A stretch of 64,000 nt of DNA from Sphyrna mokarran. Its lineage: Eukaryota. Both the position numbers and the translations under genes were made by a program. Shown here piece by piece: positions 38,222 through 51,300 of the stretch. A model generated the notes under the pieces. The model had not been told where the DNA came from. It did no database searches and worked only from the letters and a program-made list of their open reading frames with translations. The stretch is taken from assembly GCA_024679065.1 (NCBI GenBank), contig JAGIQG010000009.1:51584001-51648000 (forward strand), written 5' to 3'. Position 1 is the first letter of the stretch. Every line of letters begins with the position of its first letter.

Positions 38222-39340
38222 AGACTTATACAGAAAATGCAGATGTGTGGAATAGAGGGTGATTTAGCTAATTGGATTAGGAATTGGCTGGCAGATAGAA
38301 GACAGAGGGTGGTGGTTGATGGGAGATATTCATCGTGGAGTTCGGTGACAAGTGGTGTGCCTCAGGGGTCTGTTTTGGGGCCCCTGCTGTTTGTAATTTT
38401 TATAAATGATCTGGATGAGGGTATTGAGGGATGGATCAGTAAATTTGCAGATGACACTAAAGTCGGTGGAGTGGTAGATAGTGAAGAGGGGTGTTATAGT
38501 TTACAGAGTGACTTGGACAAGTTGCAGAGCTGGGCCGAGAGGTGGCAAATGGAGTTTAATGTGGAAAAGTGTGAGGTAATGCACTTTGGCAGGAACAATA
38601 AATGTGTAGAGTATAGGGCTAATGGTAGGGCTCTTAATAGTGTTGAGGAACAGAAGGATCTTGGTGTATGTGTCAATAGATCCCTGAAAGTAGGCAGTCA
38701 AGTGGATAAAGTTGTTAAGAAGGCATATGGAGTCTTAGCTTTTATTGGTAGGGGGATTGAATTTAGGAGCCGCAGCATCATGTTGCAACTGTACAAAACT
38801 CTAGTGCGGCCGCACTTGGAGTATTGTGTGCAGTTCTGGTCCCCACATTATAAGAAAGATGTGGAGGCATTGGAGAGGGTACAGAGGAGGTTTACCAGGA
38901 TGTTGCCTGGTATGGAGGGCAGGTCCTATGAAGAGAGGTTGAAGGATTTGAGGTTGTTTTCGTTAGAAAGGAGGCGGCTAAGAGGGGATCTTACTGAAGC
39001 ATATAAGATGATTAGAGGTTTAGATAGGGTGGACAGTGATAGCCTTTTTCCTAGGATGGAGAAAGCTAGCACGAGGGGACACAGCTTTAAATTAAGGGGT
39101 ATGAGTTATAGGACGGATATCAGAGGTAGGTTCTTTACTCAAAGAGTGATTAGGGAGTGGAATGCCCTGCCTGCAGCTGTTGTAGATGCGCCAAGTTTGG
39201 TGGCGTTTAAGAGGTTAATTGATAAGTATATGGAAGAGAAGGGAATGGTTTAGTTTGGAGGGGCATTGCTTTTTATTTTGGTCGGCACAACATCGAAGGC
39301 CGAAGGGCCTGTTCTGTGCTGTAATGTTCTATGTTCTATG
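38222..39340 (+). mobile_element. Young CR1 LINE, 5'-truncated, with an uninterrupted 338-aa RT C-terminal ORF
   Basis: ORF 38237-39253 with [39 protein letters not shown]; tail gttctatgttctatg. Confidence 0.96.
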
Positions 39341-41519
39341 TAAAGTACATTAAAAAGTGTGGTGGACACCAAGCAAAAGAAGGGAATTTATATGAAAATA
39401 TTGAAGACAGCAGTAAGATTTTTAATGGTGGAGAGGTAGAAAATAAAAACAATGGTGGATAATATTCCAGAATATAGGGCGCACAAAACAGGAGTTGGAA
39501 GTCGTTAGTATGCAAGTGAAAGTGATCCCATGAAGTTACTAGAAGCACAACCTAATAACAACACAGGTGAGGGCAACAGTTTAATTGTTGGTCAATGAGA
39601 CAAACAATGTATCGCATTAACCAAATGAGACTTCGGGATTGAGAAGTAAACAAAGGAAGAACTGAGGAGCAGGGCAGTTAAGAGTGGATGGAATTCAGCA
39701 TCAACTCAGGCACAGACAAAAAGAGAGATGTAGAAAGACTGAATTAAGAGGAGCAGAATGAAGGCAGGAAGGAAAAGTAAAACATATCAAGTCAGACAAT
39801 TTCTGGATCTCCAACAATTCACAACATGAAGGTATGAGACTCCACAGTTTAATTGTTTACTTTCTGGGCAAAAGAAAAGGTTGTTTGACAGTTAACAATT
39901 TAACACGTTATTGTAAATATCAATTAGTAGCTACATCTTGAATTTTATTCAATGTGCATGTGTGGAAACTTGAAAATCATTGGCAGTTAAAAGGAGGGCT
40001 GCTGCTTTTGTGAGGCTAATGTTGGAGTGGTGTGCAAATCAGTTAGTGGCTTATGGCAGCTGACAGCTCACAGACTCTCACTTCCTCACCATAGGCTAAT
40101 GGATGAATTACAGGTTGATAACAACACTTCTATCTTTCCTTATATTTTGGACAAGTGCTTTCAGAAAGATAGGAATAAAACTAGAAGAAAACAATGTCAT
40201 GAAAACAAACCATAGAAAAGAGGCAGTGATGGAAAATGAACAGAATTTAACTATATTAAAAGGTCACAGGAAAGCTAAAGATAGACAATAAAAGCAAAAT
40301 ACTGCAGAAGCTGAAAAACTGAAATAAAAATGGAAAATGCTGGAGAAACTCAGTAGATCTGTGGAGACAGAAATAGAGTTAACGTTGAATTCACATGCCT
40401 CTTCTTCAGAGAATTAATGTGTTGTAGCAGCAGCACAAGTTATTAATCAATGACCAGTACATGCTTGGTGCCATGGTTAGCACGGAGATGAGGTTGAAGA
40501 TAATTGACATTGAATAGAACAAAAATGATCCATGTGAGGACTGCGAATTAATGGGATTTTGGAATTGTCCTAGCCTGTAGGGAAGATAAAATAAAGCTTT
40601 CTAAGGAGGAGGTGAAGGAGAAAATAACACATGATAAAAAGAAGTGGGCTTAAAGTGCCAGGCTATCACTGAAGAGTGAGGGGATTAAAGAGCAGGCAGC
40701 AATCTGATGAATGGCCTGATTGAGTGTTGGAAGAGGAGACTGATTGACACAGACTTGGGTTGAAGGCTCTGGGATTAAAACAGACAGTTAATGGCAGGAA
40801 GGAGATACAGCTTATCCTCATTCTTACTACTGAATCTGCTTTCATGTCCCTTTTAGCCAATACATTCCAGATTATAACTCGATGCATCAAATAATTTTTC
40901 CACACTTCCCACAAGCTTTTGTACCATTATCTTAATCACCATCTGGTTACTAAACTGCTCTCAATGGAAACTTTCTTCCTTTTCCACTCCTTTCAAAATC
41001 TTTCAATTTTGAACATCTCTATTAAATCTCCCAACTTGTTGATGTCATGATTCCTATCTTAGTGGTTATTTTTTTAAAAATGGCCTCAATTTTATTTGAC
41101 CAATTGTAATAAACATATGCAATTACATGACAAAGACCACGTCTGAAGCCTTCTTTTTAAAAAATTTAGTTCATTTGATGGCCTTGTAGGTAAACATACT
41201 GTTAGCGTGATGCTGAGTCATACAGATCAACAAGACCCCAGCATCAATTCCTGATCTTGTAGGCATTGGCTGTCCTCCAGCATTGCTCTATCCTATGAAT
41301 ATAATTCTAGGCAATTGTTGATAGGCTACATGTCTGGTGGCAGGTGGTGGAGAAAATCAGTACGATCCTATATTTATCCTGCGCTCGTACACATGGCTTT
41401 CTGGAACTAAAGTCGCTGGAGAGCAGTCAGGATGTGGAATGCACATGAATGTGTTTTCAGCACCTATCCCATTATCTTTCTAATCTTGGAAAATTGGGGC
41501 ATTTCAAATGAATTTTAGC

Positions 41520-41925
41520 CTCAACTCATCAGTAGTTCTCTCACCTCCAAGACAAAAACTGAAGAGTACAAACTCCACTCCATGACTTCAGTGTGTAATG
41601 AAGGCATGGGAGTGCTGCAGTTTTCAAGATGCCAGTTTTTTGATGGTATATTAAAACTGAAGACCCAACATCCTCCTCAGATGAGCGTAATAGATTCTCT
41701 GCCACCATTCGAAAATGAGTAAAGAGAATTTTCCCAAATTATTTCTTGCAAAGAATCATGAAAAGGAGACTGACTGGTCATTTACTCATTGTTGTTTGTG
41801 GGATCTTGCTGTGTGGAAATTGTTTGCCAATTTTGCCTCAGGAAAAAAAATGAAGAAATCTTTGGCTGTCAATTGTTTTAGTATATCTGGTTTCTAATGG
41901 GCGCTATATAAATGCAAAGTTATTC
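41520..41925 (+). mobile_element. Deu-domain (SacSINE1-like) SINE
   Basis: ttgtttgtgggatcttgctgtg...gggcgctatataaatgcaaag tail. Confidence 0.65.
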
Positions 41926-42172
41926 TGTTGATACAGCTAGACTTTTCAAAAATTAACCATTTTTTTCCCTCAAAATGCAGGGGAAAGAAGATAAATTGAT
42001 GCCACTTGAACGACTGATGAAACCTGAAACAACTTTCATCTCTAAGCTTCATTATAAGTTTTCTGCGAAGTTGATGCTTTGGGTACATGGCTCATAGCTG
42101 AAAATCTCTTAGTTGACAGTTTGACATTGTCAGTTTTGCTATCATCATAGTTATATTGACTGTGATGCCTAC

Positions 42173-42252
42173 CTTCTTCCGCTCTGGTCCTTTACAGTGA
42201 TGAATATAACAAAGGATCGCAGGGATATATACAGCGAGATCTGCAACGAACA
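42173..42252 (-). CDS. ALG6: ALG6 coding exon 5 (80 nt): VFVADLAVYIPAILCYIHHCKGPERKK
   Basis: Acceptor TTTTTAG, donor GTAGGC; frame-consistent; one codon shorter than the human exon as recalled. Confidence 0.93.
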
Positions 42253-44361
42253 CTAAAAATTGGCAAAATGTCAGAGAATTGTAAACAGAAGAATTGTTAG
42301 GAACAAGAAAAAGCCTCAAAGTCCAAAAGGGCAATTTTTCCTCAGAGATCAATTCTACCTGCCCGATGTTTCAATATATTTGTCAATTGCTTGATTATAC
42401 TCTCAAACCCATTTATATCAATCCTGCGTTAAAAAAATTCCTTTAGTTACTTGTTCCACATTTCTCAGGTATCATTCCACAGATGCCAGTTTTATTAAGG
42501 CACCTCACTCAATGGCCACTGATCATGAGAGTCTGGACAACTGGTTAACTGTCAACAAACATCTAAACTTCTCACCATGGAGGGGTAAGTGTATGAAGGT
42601 TTGTATAAATAACAAAATCCAAGATCACTGAACAGGAAACAACAGCCTGAATGGATTATTCCTACCTTTCTGGAGACTTCTACCTCCAACCACAAATAAT
42701 ACCATCTTGACTGAAATCAGCTAACTACACAAACTATGGATACAACTAAGGGCACTTTGATGTGGATGGAACATTGGAATAGGAATAAGCCACTCAGTTC
42801 CTTGAGCTTGTTCTATTTTCTATTAGACCATGGTCAATTCCTACCTCAAAAATGGTTTTCTGCCATTGCTCCATATCCCTGACTTATTTCATTTCAATTG
42901 TCTCAGCAGTCACATTTATTTGGAGAGAGTTTCCAGATTTCTACGAACCATTACATGGGAAAACTGCTTCAGGATTTCTCTCCTAAATGGGTCAGTTACA
43001 GGCCACCTTTCCCAAATGAGCCACCCAAAGAGCTCAGTCCATTTTCTTGCCTGCCATTAAAGTTCCATCCTACTCATCGTGGGTATGGAATCCAAGCCTC
43101 CTGCTATTGAATCTCTGTACTTGGCATATCAAAACATTACGGTAAGACATTAGGCTGGAGTACTAACATTCAAGATGGTAATGAGGAGATCTGAGAAATG
43201 TCAATCTTGGTAAGGATATTACTCCTCAGTGCTGGGCATTGCACTTTTCTTGTTGTTTTAATCCAGGCCAAGTTAAAGGAATGTAGGTCATTATTAGCAG
43301 TGAAAGTCCGTTCTGAAATGACTTGAAAGTCTGAATCCTGATAACAAAAATTGCCTAGAGTTCAGAACTAATTGAAACAAAGAGGTCACAAGGACGGCTG
43401 GTGGGACAAAAAATTAAAAATAATTTCCTATTGGCGCAATAAGGTGTATTCTTTCAAGAGTTCCCAACACATTCTGTTTGTATTTCAAAGTTTTGGCATC
43501 CGCAGGACCCCCATCCCCCCGCCATCTCTTTCCTGCCTGTGAGGCCTCTGCCATCCAACCATGCCTCAGACATACCACAGGTCACTCCACTCAATTGTGC
43601 TATAGATCTCCCTCCACAAGTTCACTCTATTGCATTAAGTTCTGGGTCATCACACGTGTGTCCATCCAATAATACCAGTCTATTGTTTCAAAGCAAGATT
43701 TCAAATGCTGCACCATGTGCCAATTGGTCCTATCACACTGTGATTCAACAAGGATTCACTGTCTCCCATGATAGTGGATTGTAGAAATCTGGAGAGTCTC
43801 TCATGCCACTGGTGGTAACTTCTAAGTTAACAAGTAGCACTATGTTATATAATACAATTGGAAAAGTAATCACTTCACTCACTGTTATGATTAGATATTT
43901 AAGATTTAGTTCATATGGATCTGGAGGCTTTTGCATGGGAGTAGGTAAAGTAGCTTAATTCTCATTCAGTCCAATAACTCTAAATGACCTCCAGAGTCCT
44001 CAAGGTCACCAACTGAACAGATCTTAATAGTTGTTTATATCATTGGATAGACTGTGGCTGCAGCAAAGTTTTGCAATTTCAGTCTATGTCTTTGGTTAAA
44101 TTAAATTTTAACATTTTTCATCAGTTTTCAAAGAAAGCAGTTGAGGCTGTATGCTATTTACCATCAGTTTAAAGAATGCATCATACTTCTCTAATCAATT
44201 AAACTGATTTACACTTCCTGCATATGTTAGATGTTTGTCTTCCACAAAGTTTTTTTTAAAATTCTTAATAAAATATAAAAGTATTTTTGCTCTATGTCCA
44301 AGTGCACCACAATATTTGTATCTTTAACACCATTCACTCAAATTGGATGATATACTTCAAT

Positions 44362-44648
44362 GGGGCAGCATGGTGGCATAGTGGTTAGCATTGCTGCCTC
44401 ACAGTGCCAAGGACCCAATTCCCAACTTGGATCACTATGTGGAGTTTGCATGTTCTCTACGTGTCTGTGTGGGTTTCCCCTGGGTGCTCCGGTTTCTTCC
44501 CACAGTCCAAAGATGTACTGCTTAGGTAGACTGACCGTGCTAAATTGCCCCTTACTCTGAGGGGGCTAGTTAGGGTCATGGGGATAGGCCATTGGGGCTG
44601 GTGCACACTTAATGGGCCAAATGGACTCTGCACTGTAGAATTCTATGA
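44362..44648 (+). mobile_element. HE1-like SINE, CR1-type tail
   Basis: ggggcagcatggtggcatagtggttagc head; tail atgggccaaatggactctgcactgtagaattctatga. Confidence 0.83.
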
Positions 44649-45349
44649 TCAAACCAACTGAGTTGTCCAAGTGATTTTATTCACGCTCAGTTTGCACAGT
44701 TCCATTAAATTCTTAAACTGTGCCATGGCAAACATCTTGTGTATGTCATTTCAGGATTATCTGGCCAAGGTGTCCACTTCAATGACAAGTCATGCTCTTC
44801 AATCACTAGTAATGAAGAGAATATTTTGTCTTGACACCTCAGTTTCCTAAAATGGGGAAGGACAAAACATTTAAGTATCAGAAATAACAGAAAATTCCAT
44901 GTATTTTGGATGATGCAAAGGCTTTCAAGGGTCAAAAATTGAACCATTTGCCAAAATATCCACTTTCTTCACCCTCTTGCAGCTTTGGTATTGACATGGC
45001 TGGTCTAGTTAAGTATCTGCTGAATGACGAAAGTTGAAAGAGGAAGACTCAACAATGGTGGTGCCATAGAAGATCAGGGGAGTTTTCTGATCCAATTTTG
45101 CTCAAGATGATCTGTACCAGACAATTATCCACCCTGGTCAGGATTTTATTATTTCATGATCAACGTGCTTGGGAATGGCACTGAACACGAGCTGTCTGGA
45201 AAACACCCCTGATATTATGATGGAGGAAGGTCACTGATGAAACAGCTGGTTTTGACCAGCTGCTGACAACCATAATCATCAACCTGCAGTTCATTTTCCT
45301 TTCAGATTTCTTTTTAAACTTTGCAGTTGTTTCTAAAATTCTTAATTAC

Positions 45350-45438
45350 CTGTTGCTCGCATGAATAGCTTGTGCCCAAGGCTTTCAAAGCCACGAGATG
45401 TATGAAGAGCAATCCATTCAGGATTTATCGATTTAGCT
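45350..45438 (-). CDS. ALG6: ALG6 coding exon 4 (89 nt): [29 protein letters not shown]
   Basis: Acceptor ACACAG, donor GTAATT; similar to human [29 protein letters not shown]. Confidence 0.95.
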
Positions 45439-46098
45439 CTGTGTTTTAAAAAAAAAATTTACCTCTAGAATAAAAATGCATTCAATTTATGTAAAATGTA
45501 CACATAATCAATAAAAGATACCCAATGACAGATAGTACAATTTCTTTTTCTCCATCTAATTCCCTGTCCTCCCCAAAAGAAATTACTGTCTTCGACACCT
45601 CACCCAAGTATATATTCCACATAGGGAAGCCTGAACTCTGAATGTCAACAGGCTGCTTGACAATGTAGAGCGCAACTTGAGCTTTATCCTGTCCTCATCA
45701 ATCAGAGCAGCTCACACAACTGCTTTCTTTCCAAGTCTCAAACTGCAACATTGTGGCAGCTGATGTAAGTGGGCTGAAAAACCTGTCAAGCCCATGGACA
45801 AATGCTCCATTGCAACATTTAAAACTTACACTCACAATCTGTAATTTATATTGGAGCATAATTCCAATACCACCAATGGCTATTCTTCAAACCGAAACAC
45901 TAAGTATGTGCACAAACAGCATCAAAGCCAAGAGCAATCCTGATCTCACCTAACATCCGCTTTCCCACTGTCAGGGGAGGAAGAAGGTGAACACTGATCA
46001 GGAGCTGCAATCTTAACTAATTACATTTCATATCAGAGATTTCCGAACACTAATTCTAAAGCAGAGTTGTCTTATCTACTATGGCAGTTTAAACTTAC

Positions 46099-46188
46099 AC
46101 ATGTGCACAAACCAGACTGTGATAAGCAGTGAGCGGTGGATAATCAAGACCCCAGTACTTCAGATTATTGCTGCTTGTATTGAAGTAC
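46099..46188 (-). CDS. ALG6: ALG6 coding exon 3 (90 nt): [30 protein letters not shown]
   Basis: Acceptor TTACTTCAG, donor GTAAGT; [13 protein letters not shown] motif containing the catalytic Asp (human D69). Confidence 0.96.
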
Positions 46189-46774
46189 CTGAAGTAAAAT
46201 AAATCAATTGTATGTTAACCATAAAGAGAATGCATTCAGAAATAGTTAAATTACTACATCTACATATTACATGTTTTGACAACACTCTGTATTGCTCTAT
46301 ATGTAGCTAATTGTACCACCTGATGCGGAATCAACATCGTCCCAAATCCAATCCCAAGATTGGCTAACTCAGCAGCAATCTCAAGATGACAGCAATAAGA
46401 TGCTATAATTAGCCATGAGCTAGCAAAGAGGGACGAAAGTCAGGGATCACACTCATGAATGATACCCAATGACTTCTACTGAAAAGTGTAAATGTCAGGT
46501 GGGAGCAGGACAGTACTCGACCATGATGCCTAACCCTTTTAAGGATTTAAATGCTCCCCAGCATTTCCTGTCGAGGTTTAAGTCCAAAAACCAAATGCCT
46601 AATTGAAAGACTAGAGGTTTGCCAGGACCAACATTATTGCAGTTGACAGCAAGAAAGGGTAGGAGTGGAGAAAGGAAGAAATTGAATCGCAAATAATCTA
46701 AACAAAATTCTATTGCGAGACGTCTCCAAAAATCTCCATAAACATAGCATTAATTGAATAATGAGATTACAAAC

Positions 46775-46859
46775 CATTGATGGATGGGTAGATTGATGGT
46801 AATCTCCTGCCAGTGTCGCTGAGCCTCATAATCCCCAAACATAGGAGGTTTCCCAGCAC
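46775..46859 (-). CDS. ALG6: ALG6 coding exon 2 (85 nt): [28 protein letters not shown]
   Basis: Acceptor TTTGCAG, donor GTTTGT; invariant GDYEAQRHW motif; phases consistent with neighbouring exons. Confidence 0.95.
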
Positions 46860-48137
46860 CTGCAAATACAGTTAAAAACTGTAAAGCAGATAACATTAAA
46901 GGGTGTACTTTCACAAAAAGGTTGGCAAGTTCATCCTTCTAAGCACAATGTTTTATGTGGAAAGTGACTGACATGGAACAAGGAGGCCCAGAACACATCA
47001 GTCCTCTGAGGGAAATTCACCAATTTCAGCTACTGCAGCAATGCAACAACTGGTCAGAGAATCAATGCACCAGGACATTGGAAAGCAGGCTCCTGGCTTC
47101 AAGACTGTTAATTAGTGTATAGTGACCTTGCTGAAAAGATCTAAGTTTATCTGTAAAACACATTTTCATCTCTCAACAATTTTATTCTACCAAGTCAACA
47201 ACAATATGCTCTTGAATTTCAAGAGTTTTATAATGAGGGACCCAAAGCCCAACTAAAATTTTGGAAGGGTGATTTAGAGTTGACTAAGGATATGGTCCAG
47301 GCTCACACATTGAGAATAGTTATGAAAGAAAGGATGTGATGAACTGCTGCCATTTGGAACCACATTCCAAAATTGTGTGAAAAAAGTGGAAAATCAGAAT
47401 TGTGGAATAAAGTGACAAAAAATAAAATGTTGTAGATGCTGACAATCACAAAACATAAATTGAAAAATTTGAAAATACTCAACAGTTAGGCAGCATCATC
47501 AGCAAAACAGCAATAACTATTTCAACTTTTCCTGAGCTACTCACAGTTACAGATGGTCAGCGTTTTAAAAAAAACACAAAAGTAAATAAAATAGAAGTAA
47601 CTTCTAGTACAGAACAGGTGATGATAAAGTTGCAATTATGACATTTATAGGAGTCAAAACGGTGGCCTAAGGATAGAAATCAAAGTGAATAACTAAAAGG
47701 AAGCATAAAAATGATCAAGGTGGAATAATTGGTTCAGGATCAAGTTGGTTCAGGAATATGTTAAAAAAAGAAAGGGCAACCACTATTTTCCAGTTTAAAG
47801 AATATGTTTGGCAAAACAAGGTGGATTATTTTTTGCAAATTGATAAGTCCCTGAAAAGCAATTTGAGTAGAATTTCGCATTCTACATCACAATATTGTAG
47901 GCTTGCAAAGAAAATCTTTGTTCCAAGAAGCCTATCCATCCCTTTAACAAGTCCACAAACTAAAAACGGCTCGATATTGCCACTCGCAAGGGTCTTATCA
48001 AATGTAAAAGCTGTTAGCAATCATTGCAGTTTACGAACAGTTGACACGTTCAGCTTGGACCCAGGGGTGTCTGTGTTTCCATTGTGGTGTGGAGCTGAAT
48101 GATAAGAGGCGGGCTGATCTGCAGCTCACTCACTGAC

Positions 48138-48219
48138 CTGAATAAGAATTCAGAGATACTGCCCAGCGCACCGTGAGGCTGACTGCGAGTATGATGGCGA
48201 TGGTACTCCATCGCTCCAT
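48138..48219 (-). CDS. ALG6: ALG6 coding exon 1 (82 nt): [28 protein letters not shown]
   Basis: ATG in strong Kozak context (GGCGGGATGG), similar to human [28 protein letters not shown]; donor G|GTCAGT at 48137. Confidence 0.95.
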
Positions 48220-48380
48220 CCCGCCCTGAACTGCGGTACCTGCTCCCCAGGATTGCCCGCTGCTCTTCCTCACACTCTCCACCCGGCCCGGCACTTCCTG
48301 GATCCCCCGCGCCTGCGCGCTCCGTGTCCCACACCATTGGGCCGGCGCTGCCTGATGACGTAAGAACTCCTTGGCCAACT
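48220..48380 (-). promoter_or_regulatory. ALG6 GC/CpG-rich promoter and 5'UTR
   Basis: Local CpG-rich patch directly upstream of the ATG with ETS site CAGGAAGTG (48292-48300), NRF1-like GCGCCTGCGC (48309-48318), CCAAT (48336-48340) and CRE/ATF-like GATGACGTAA (48354-48363). Confidence 0.7.
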
Positions 48381-51300
48381 CAAGAATTGATGCCATTGTC
48401 AATGGAGAGTTTGCTGTTTGGAGTTTCCTGGATTTAAGTTTCGGGGAGACACTGATTAGACGCATCACTTTAAAAACTGCACGACAACATCACTTTAATT
48501 CCCTCCAGCAGATATATTTCATAAAACTTTATTTACTTAAATTAAAATAGCAGTAAACTCATTTCAGAAGAAGTTGGGTCAGCTGCCATTACAATAACCT
48601 GCCGTAGTTTATGAATACATCGTTCTAATTTGTTTTCAAATTGTTTGCTTTAATTAAGGGACAGAATTCCTGGCTCCATTTGGGTAAATAAAAAGTTATT
48701 TATATTGACATTTCCTTTCCAATTTGGGTAATATCCGAATTATATGTTGTCCTTGGCGCGTACAAGCATGCTAAAGGAGACAAAGTACTAAAAAAACAGG
48801 GAAATGTTTGAAATGAAACTTCTTTAATAGAAAGTTTTGTGTTGAGGAGTGAGTAAATCCATCTAAACTGTGGACTTATGTCAATTTATCTCAGACATTG
48901 TGAAATAAGCCGCATTGTTGATCAGGAAAGATTTAGACCGGACAGGTCATGAAATGATCATGATTCATTTGTTAATGCTCGTACAAGTTCATATCCCTGT
49001 GCTGCCAAGCATATAACAAAAATAACTTGTGTTTTGATGAACCTGGACGAACAGCATCAATTTTCAAACTTTCTACTATGCTCCCTTCCTTGTATTGCTG
49101 CCAAAATTAATATTATTTCAGCCTCATTTGTCATCATACGTTATAATGGAACCAGTTGAGGCAATTAGTTTTATTTAATTAGATATCTCATACATAACCT
49201 CCAATATATTTAAGTTGAACTGAATATTGACAAGGTTTGAGAATCGCATTTAATTGGATTCCTTTGCTGTAATACAAAAGTAAAACGATTTAATTGGATT
49301 CGTTTTTGCTCATTCTGATGAGGTTGAGGCGGCTTATTACTTTTCGCTTTTTGCGTTTATGATCATTCCTCGTGTAAAGAATTGGTCAGAAGCACAAAAG
49401 CAGCAACGCATTGGGTTACGTGAATTATTAAAACAATTGAAATAATAATTTAAATCAAAAGTTCAACGTCTGTATATGAACAATGATTCCTTGCTGGTTT
49501 AATGCATTTGACCAAAAGTCTTCAATCAGTAATGTCTACATTTTGATTGCTTTGATTTTAATTGAAAATAAATATTCTCTATTATTATTACATATTTCCA
49601 TGAATGTTAAATGAATTTTGGATAGTTCAAAGCATTCGGTATCTTGCATTGCGTTTTCAGTAAACGTACATTATTTTTTTAAAATAGATGCTTATATCTA
49701 ATAACCATACTAAACATGTAAAATGTAGTCTTTCTGGTACAAGTCTATGATATAGGTGCATTATACTATGAGATATGTATTTTTATAGACTTACATACAT
49801 CGTCGAAAGAAACCCCACTCGACGACGCAAGTTAATAACACTGTTGTTCGAGGTTAGGCAGAGTTTAGCTACCCCACCTTCAGTTAGATTAACCCCAGAT
49901 TTCTGTACTGTAAAGGCTATAATTCCATTTTGAAAACCATCACTGCCTAATGTTTGTAGAATTAAAATAAATGTTAACATTTTTAAAAACTCTGCCGCCA
50001 AAGGGCAAGTCAACAGATTTCGGTCAAGGTGTATCCGTGTTCCTGACGATTCACATCTGGGCTGCTCGGACTTTATTTTGTAAATGAAATATTCAAGCTA
50101 CAGGGAATGTGAACAAAACGAAAAACTGGCACAACTTTATATTGCTCATTAAAATCTTGCGGTTTAATTTAAATCGGATTGCTTGACAGTGTAATTTGGC
50201 AAAGAGCTGATAGGCGAACGATAGATAAGATTAGCAGCGCAAGAGTCCTAAATAAAAACAAAATCGATGTTTTTGTCTGGAAGTAGATTTTGGTTGAAGT
50301 TTCTCGTGCTGATTTTATTTCACAATGATGGCGCATTCACTTTTTAAATTGAATTAATCTCAACAATGTTGTAATTGAATATAAGTCGAAATTGCCAATG
50401 AATTTTGCTTCATGACTTAATGCGTTTATTTACTAGGAATCGTGTCTGCTGTGTTTGATACATTTTTCCCTACGTTTGGATTCATTGTCGTTTCACCTTT
50501 CACCTGTACATATATACGATTTGCTTTCAATGATTTCTTACACTGAAAGCGAGTGGTACAGATTATCGGTGAACGCTAGTTTCATTCACATATTAATTGC
50601 AGGAACAACTGAGATACCGTGGAGTGAGAATAGTGGCATCACTTTCCCCATCACTCAAGCTGAAAATGAAAATAACTGCGCAAAGCCTAATCAAGTAAAT
50701 AGTAACATTTTACAGAGGAACAGCTCCACAATAAACTTGAAAACACAATTCTAATATTGACACACACATGGCGAGAGGGGTTCCCTTCAAATTTGGAAGC
50801 AAAACTTTTCTGGTTCAATTTGTTTTATATGCTATTGTGTTTAAAGTAACTATCGGGGAGTTGCTAACATTTCAGACATTTTAAGCACATTCCGTAAGTG
50901 ACATCTAGTGTTGTATTTCGGTATCGCAGACGCCCGTCCAAATCCAACCCCGAGCGTCCAAATGGAACGAGATTTGGTTAAGTTGCAATAATTATTATAG
51001 TGCTGTTTACATCATTTTCGGCGCATTACTGACATCCAACTCTCAATGAAATAAGAACGGAAATGCTGGTTACACGCGTTAGCCTCATTGACGCTTAATC
51101 CGTTCCACTCCCACGAGTTGCAGTTTACCTTCTGGGTTTCAGTAAAATAAAAGTTTGTTCCAGACTTGGGTTCCTATAATTTCTTTAAAGAAAATCAATG
51201 CAAATAGTTTTGAATTTGTAAAAAAGCCTTTTTTTTTATTTCTTGCCGGTCACTTATGTCGATTTCTCTGTGACACTCGTATCTGCACGAGTTTCGTTTA

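Noticed and set aside
38237-39253. Intact 338-aa RT ORF as a domesticated gene or retron-like system
   Set aside because: 5'-truncated CR1 with a standard tail and a near-identical frameshifted sibling; explained by young age.
48220-48468. Upstream in-frame extension of ALG6 exon 1
   Set aside because: It spans promoter motifs and has no homology; the ATG at 48219 matches the orthologous start.
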